DNA of 64,000 nucleotides, taken from the NCBI GenBank assembly GCA_032128875.1, contig JAVLKG010000005.1, forward strand, positions 320,001 through 384,000, read 5' to 3'. A model generated the notes under the pieces. It made no database searches. It saw nothing but the letters and a program-made list of their open reading frames with translations, and was not told the origin of the DNA. This stretch comes from Candidatus Melainabacteria bacterium 17Bon1m. Lineage in GTDB: Bacteria; Cyanobacteriota; Vampirovibrionia; Obscuribacterales; Obscuribacteraceae. Every line of letters begins with the position of its first letter. The first letter of the stretch is position 1. Made by a program: the position numbers and the translations under genes. This document shows positions 60,501 through 64,000 of the stretch, one piece after another.

Positions 60501-60657
60501 TAACGGCACCGGCGCTGAGGTGCAACGTCCACTCGCTACAGTCGTTCTCGGCGGGCTTGTGTCGGCGACCCTATTGACGCTTGTTGTGCTGCCGACTGTT
60601 TATGCGCAAATCAACAAGGACGACGACCTGCCGCCAGAGCAGTCGGAAACCGTTTGA
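57556..60657 (+). CDS. czcA: Heavy-metal RND efflux permease (CzcA type), copy 2
   Basis: Same motifs, colinear with copy 1; TTG start. Confidence 0.95.
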   Translation: MIDKLITFAITQRLLTCAAVIVMAAFGVFCMMSLPVDSFPDVSNVQVQVITDCETLATEEVESLITYPIEYVMSGLHKVTNIRSNSSFGLSVVTVIFEDDTDVYWARNLVQQRLMQVELPTWAPTPQLGPVVSTFSNVYNYYLRSDRHDLTELRTIQDWYLAKRLRAVQGVGNVVSYGGYVKQYQVQVNPRLMAGYGITLHELVVALTRNNINAGGNFLERANEEIIVRGIGRIETTKDIEEIVLKAVDGTPVKVGEVAKVVIGPAFRRGSASMDGKGEVVTGMVLTRKGVNTKAVVEKVRERIEELKKELPPGVELVSYYDQTELVEKTIETVKEILMFSGWLVIVVLTAILLHIPSGLIVSVIIPLSLLFSFILMKYTGLSANLMTLGAVDFGVIVDAGVVMVENIYRQLAIAHEHETEDRHANHFQVVLNAAREVGRPIVFAIFIIVSVYLPLFSLEGIEGKMFHPLALTFIYAILGALLLSLTIVPVLCYWFLRGTIREKHNPFVEAAKNLHEPALQRTMKHPWATAFVCIGALVGSFCLVPFLGSEFIPTLDEGSILLRTKLSPSVAHTESMRVAQRVEESMKKFPEVTGVVSRIGRSGMGSDLEGVENADVYIGLKPKEQWTTTHDKEKLVMLMAKELEGIPGLIFSFSQPIADMIDDLVAGIKADLGIKIFGDDLETLDKLASDIETSISAVPGCADLQREHILGLPQMTLKLDRNVMARYGLNVTDIQDVLQNEIAGNVITDVIEGNMRFGLLTRLPVQMRDTKEKIEALMIDTPTGARVPLKQLAKIDLPRGTAMINREETYRRTAVLANVRGRDLGSFVGEAQERIKKDVKIPKGYRLVWGGTFENQQRAMVRLSIVVPIVLLLIFLLLYASFNSFKNAGLIMLNVPFAMIGGIVALFLSHQTVSVPAIIGFIALFGVSVQNGVILVTYIMHLQRRGVPVAQAAVEGAAIRLRPVLMTALVAIMGLIPKIVSNGTGAEVQRPLATVVLGGLVSATLLTLVVLPTVYAQINKDDDLPPEQSETV

Positions 60658-60897
60658 GTCGAACCTACGGAAATGGCGGCCCACACAATCGCGCGCGCCG
60701 ATGACTTCTTTGCGCTAGGGCCCCGGGCGACACTAGCGCACAGGCTTTACACGCCGCCCAGCGGGGCCGTCTCGTGCGAAGCAAATCTGTATATCGATTA
60801 TACATACAAATGTATGATGGTCAACTAAATTTGCGCAATTTGGGTGAAATTAAAGTATCGGATACGTCAAATTTGCTGCGAGGAAACTTTGATCTCG

Positions 60898-61518
60898 ATG
60901 TGCTGGCGCCCTCACCCACTGCTGCTCACATTTGCTCTAGGCGTCGCCGCTTCTTTTCAGATGGAAGCTGTCGCATTTAGGTATAAAACTCCGGAAAAAA
61001 CAGACTCTACTTTGGCCCGGGCAAAAACGCTTCTCGCTCACGAAGATATTGAAGAGGCTGCCAGAGAGTTTCGCAAACTGATCAAAAGCGAACCGCAAAA
61101 CTTCGAAGGCTATCTCGGAATTGCTGATTGTTCGTACCTCCAAAACGATTACCTGAAGGCTAGGGAGTCCGCCGACAAAGCTCTCAAGCTTAATCCCAAA
61201 TCCGCAGAGACTTTCAGAAGGCGCGGCAAAATCAATGAAAAGCTAAACCAGCTAGTTCCAGCTATCGAAGACTACACGCATGCAATTGCACTTTCGCCTA
61301 ACAATCATCTGTATTTGAGCGACAGGGCAGAAGTCTATAACAAGAAAGGCGAGTATTCAAAAGCAATTGCAGACTTAGACAAGTATTTGAAACTTGTGAA
61401 GAGCCCCAACCCGAGGACGTTTTATGCACGCTCGGCCCTCTATGCGAAACTGGGAAAGAAGGCTCAAGCGGATGCGGAAAGAAAGCGCGGCGACATGATT
61501 ATCGACAGGAATTATTGA
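60898..61518 (+). CDS. Secreted tetratricopeptide-repeat protein
   Basis: Signal-like segment; four to five TPRs (ALKLNP, AIEDYTHAIALSP, KAIADL). Start uncertain (60844 or 60898). Confidence 0.88.
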   Translation: MCWRPHPLLLTFALGVAASFQMEAVAFRYKTPEKTDSTLARAKTLLAHEDIEEAAREFRKLIKSEPQNFEGYLGIADCSYLQNDYLKARESADKALKLNPKSAETFRRRGKINEKLNQLVPAIEDYTHAIALSPNNHLYLSDRAEVYNKKGEYSKAIADLDKYLKLVKSPNPRTFYARSALYAKLGKKAQADAERKRGDMIIDRNY

Positions 61519-62482
61519 TCCCTGCTCCGACTGGTTGCTTCTCACTTGTTTGGATTTGAGATTGCACAGCAGCGGACTTATCCGGTTTCGGGCCGATTGC
61601 AAAAGCGGGCTTTTTCCTTTTCACCTGCGCGATTTGAACACCGGCAATGGTCAGAACTATTCCGAGAATTTGCCACATTGATGCGGGTTCGTTCAATACA
61701 ACAACTGCGAGAATCAAGAGCAGGGGGCGTTGCAGAAGCGATATTATCGAGACTCGTGTAGAGCCGATAAGAGCCATCGCACTCAGGAATGCGATGTTTG
61801 CCAGAGCAGCAGCCGAGCCGGTAATCGCTCCCACTTTGACTGCTTCAAAGGTGAGGGCCGGAGTGAAGAACATCAGTGGAATGCAATACATTGCACACAG
61901 TGGAAATTGATAAGACGAGATGGTGAGCGGTTTCATCACGCTTGTTGCTGTTTCCATATTGACTCGATAGATGCTCGACGAAACTACTGCCGCAAGCACT
62001 GCGAGAATTCCCATGGGCGTGCCGGACAAAGTTTTCACTTCCAGCATCAGGACTACTCCAAGCAGGCAAAGTGCGAACCCGCCCCAAAACTTCGCAGTCA
62101 GCTTGTCTCGCCCGATGACCGAGTTAATGATTGCCACCAAAGCCGGTGTCGTTGTAACTAACGTCATTACCACCACTGCAGGTACGAGAGTCAGCGACAG
62201 CAAGATCAATCCGTTTGTGCAGAACAGAAGAAATGCGAGAAACATTAGTCGCGGCAGGTTGTTCCAGCCCACCCACTTAAAGGCACGAGTGAGCGGCAGA
62301 ACAATCAGCGCAGCGCAGACGTTCTTCAAAACAAAAACTTGCAGAGGCGTAACGCCCGCTGAATAGCCGAGTTTCACAAAGATAGGCTCTGCCGAAGCGG
62401 CGAAAATTGCCGCTGTCAGCCACAACGTGACGGCAGCTTCGCCTTTAAGAATTGAGGAATCGAACCATTTCACTCTGGTCAA
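61499..62482 (-). CDS. DMT/EamA-family transporter
   Basis: Ten TMs in two EamA repeats (KLGY..VTP, TTPALV, RDKL, IGS..VS, LNEP). Start uncertain. Confidence 0.9.
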   Translation of the reverse strand: MTRVKWFDSSILKGEAAVTLWLTAAIFAASAEPIFVKLGYSAGVTPLQVFVLKNVCAALIVLPLTRAFKWVGWNNLPRLMFLAFLLFCTNGLILLSLTLVPAVVVMTLVTTTPALVAIINSVIGRDKLTAKFWGGFALCLLGVVLMLEVKTLSGTPMGILAVLAAVVSSSIYRVNMETATSVMKPLTISSYQFPLCAMYCIPLMFFTPALTFEAVKVGAITGSAAALANIAFLSAMALIGSTRVSIISLLQRPLLLILAVVVLNEPASMWQILGIVLTIAGVQIAQVKRKKPAFAIGPKPDKSAAVQSQIQTSEKQPVGAGINNSCR

Positions 62483-63719
62483 AATCTCCCAACCCGAGAC
62501 TTTCTAGCGTCCTGCCAGTTTTGCGGAAGTCCTCGCCGACGACGCATGTCGCAAGGCTAATCATCGAGCTCAGTATTGGAGTCTCTTTTCCTGCCAACCG
62601 TGCCAATTGTTCAAAAGGCACAAGACTGCAGGCAACGTCTTCATAGAAGAAGCGGTGATTTAGGGTTTTTGGAGACAGGCTATGTCTGTAATTCGGCACT
62701 GTTGTCATCGCCGAATAAAGGTCGCTCGCATCGCAACCGTAATAGCGATCGAGCAAGTCTTTCATTGGAATCAAATCGCATCCGTATGCTTTTGCAATGG
62801 TTCGAAACTCCTCTTCCATCTGCTCAAGAATAGCGACAGTGCGGGGCGTCATGCCCTGATAGTAGAAGAGAAATTCTTCGGCGCGGTCGATTGAGTGCAT
62901 GTTAGTCAATGCAATCGGCGCGTGCGCAAGCGCTCCAAAATCTGTTAGTCCTCTTTGAACTAGATTGGTAGCCGGTGTTAGACCCGGGAAGTAAGCATTA
63001 ATGATTGGTGCGCAGACTTCGGTTTGGGATTTCGTGACGGATGAAAAAAGCGTCCAGCGTTTGATGCCGCGTATCCAAACGCGCGAATCAGCAACTAGAC
63101 GGCATGCGAAAAGGGAGTCCGTTTCAACTATTTTCGGCAAATCGCTAAGACACTTCGCGAGCAATTGCAATTGAAACTCGCGAGCGCCTCCGAATTTTCC
63201 CGAAAAAAGAATTATCGTGTGCGAGCTGTTCAAGTAAGGTGCCAGGGTTTCCGCTACTTCTCGATAGGCGGTGGCGACGGTGGCTACAAAAATAGTTTTG
63301 CAATGCTTGGCGAAGTCGCGAGGGGCTGAATAAGCACCCTTGAGTTCAAACCTGCCCAGGATGCGATCTTCGGAATAAACGTGCCGAATGGAGTTGATGT
63401 GATCTGCTTTGATCGGGCTGCGGCTGTACATTCTTACATCGCAGCCAGCCGCTGAAAGATAGGATGCAAGCGCATGAGCGGAGTTGCCGGTACCCACGAT
63501 ACCGGTCGATAGAATAGATTTATCCGGATGAGCACGCAGTTCTGGAATCGCAATACCAGCAGCCGGCGATACGCAGGTCGTGCGGGTACTGAGCAACTCC
63601 GCAATTTGCCTTTGCGTTTCGGCGATTGTGGCCAAACGCGCTTCCAACGCGGAGACGTCGGATTGACTGCGGAGTTTTTGAGAAACTGCAAATGCTGAGA
63701 CGTCACCCATAAGACGCAC
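62445..63719 (-). CDS. NAD/NADP-dependent opine (octopine/nopaline) dehydrogenase family protein
   Basis: GIVGTGNSAHALA Rossmann motif, ETDSLFACR, G..AH, FYYQG, HRFFYEDV..LVP, GRTLESLGL. Confidence 0.88.
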   Translation of the reverse strand: MRLMGDVSAFAVSQKLRSQSDVSALEARLATIAETQRQIAELLSTRTTCVSPAAGIAIPELRAHPDKSILSTGIVGTGNSAHALASYLSAAGCDVRMYSRSPIKADHINSIRHVYSEDRILGRFELKGAYSAPRDFAKHCKTIFVATVATAYREVAETLAPYLNSSHTIILFSGKFGGAREFQLQLLAKCLSDLPKIVETDSLFACRLVADSRVWIRGIKRWTLFSSVTKSQTEVCAPIINAYFPGLTPATNLVQRGLTDFGALAHAPIALTNMHSIDRAEEFLFYYQGMTPRTVAILEQMEEEFRTIAKAYGCDLIPMKDLLDRYYGCDASDLYSAMTTVPNYRHSLSPKTLNHRFFYEDVACSLVPFEQLARLAGKETPILSSMISLATCVVGEDFRKTGRTLESLGLGDFDQSEMVRFLNS

Positions 63720-64000
63720 CTCAGTTTATAAAGCTTACCGCCAGCTAATCCAGTATATGTGACGCCTCTCACCATTGGTAATTAAATTCGAGGGTTAGCC
63801 ACTTCGATGACAAGCTGTCGCACATTCTTGTGCCGAAAGGTTTTTCGGAAATTGTGACGGGCGCCGATTCCCCGTCCATCGCATTCGCGCACTTGCTGAT
63901 TATTAGTCTTGCTTAAGCTTGGTTGGTCGGTATGACGACAATAAATTTACTGCCCTGACCAAGGACGCTGTCGACTGTAATCGTTCCTTTATGCGCATCG

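Noticed and set aside
60788-60816. TGTATA-tcgat-TATACA palindrome as an NtcA site
   Set aside because: Spacing is GTA-N9-TAC rather than N8. It could be another operator, but there is no support.
62445-63719. Assigning the symbol cntM
   Set aside because: No nicotianamine-synthase partner is visible and the subfamily cannot be resolved by eye.

Overview
Gene-dense bacterial chromosomal window of roughly balanced GC with about 45 credible CDSs. I saw no rRNA, tRNA, CRISPR array or transposase. Gene style (cyanobacterial-like DnaG and Rcp1/Cph1-type kinase core, several OmpR regulators, kinase N-terminus LKLSQKGLIL, many GT-C proteins) suggests a non-photosynthetic cyanobacterial relative (Melainabacteria/Obscuribacterales); this is inference. 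Contents in order: a cell-surface glycosylation cluster (2-10 kb); a membrane SAM-fold protein flanked by two paralogous 4-His membrane proteins (10-15 kb); two paralogous signal-less proteins with an unassigned ~95-aa repeat, convergent with an FtsH-like protease carrying THREE intact AAA+ modules (17.7-24.7 kb); thioredoxins and a fasciclin protein; two-component genes; three consecutive hydrolases (RlpA-like, alpha/beta hydrolase, M15 peptidase) that share an N-terminal W-x-x-IA-x-x-x-W motif and lack Sec signals (32-36 kb); a frameshifted GT2-GT92 fusion; murQ, hydA and dnaG; a ZIP-cupredoxin fusion; RqcP coupled to a 2H phosphoesterase; czcB plus tandem czcA; and an opine dehydrogenase-EamA pair. 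The best candidates for new biology are the triple-AAA FtsH and the shared-N-terminus hydrolase trio. All family calls come from reading motifs by eye, not from database searches.
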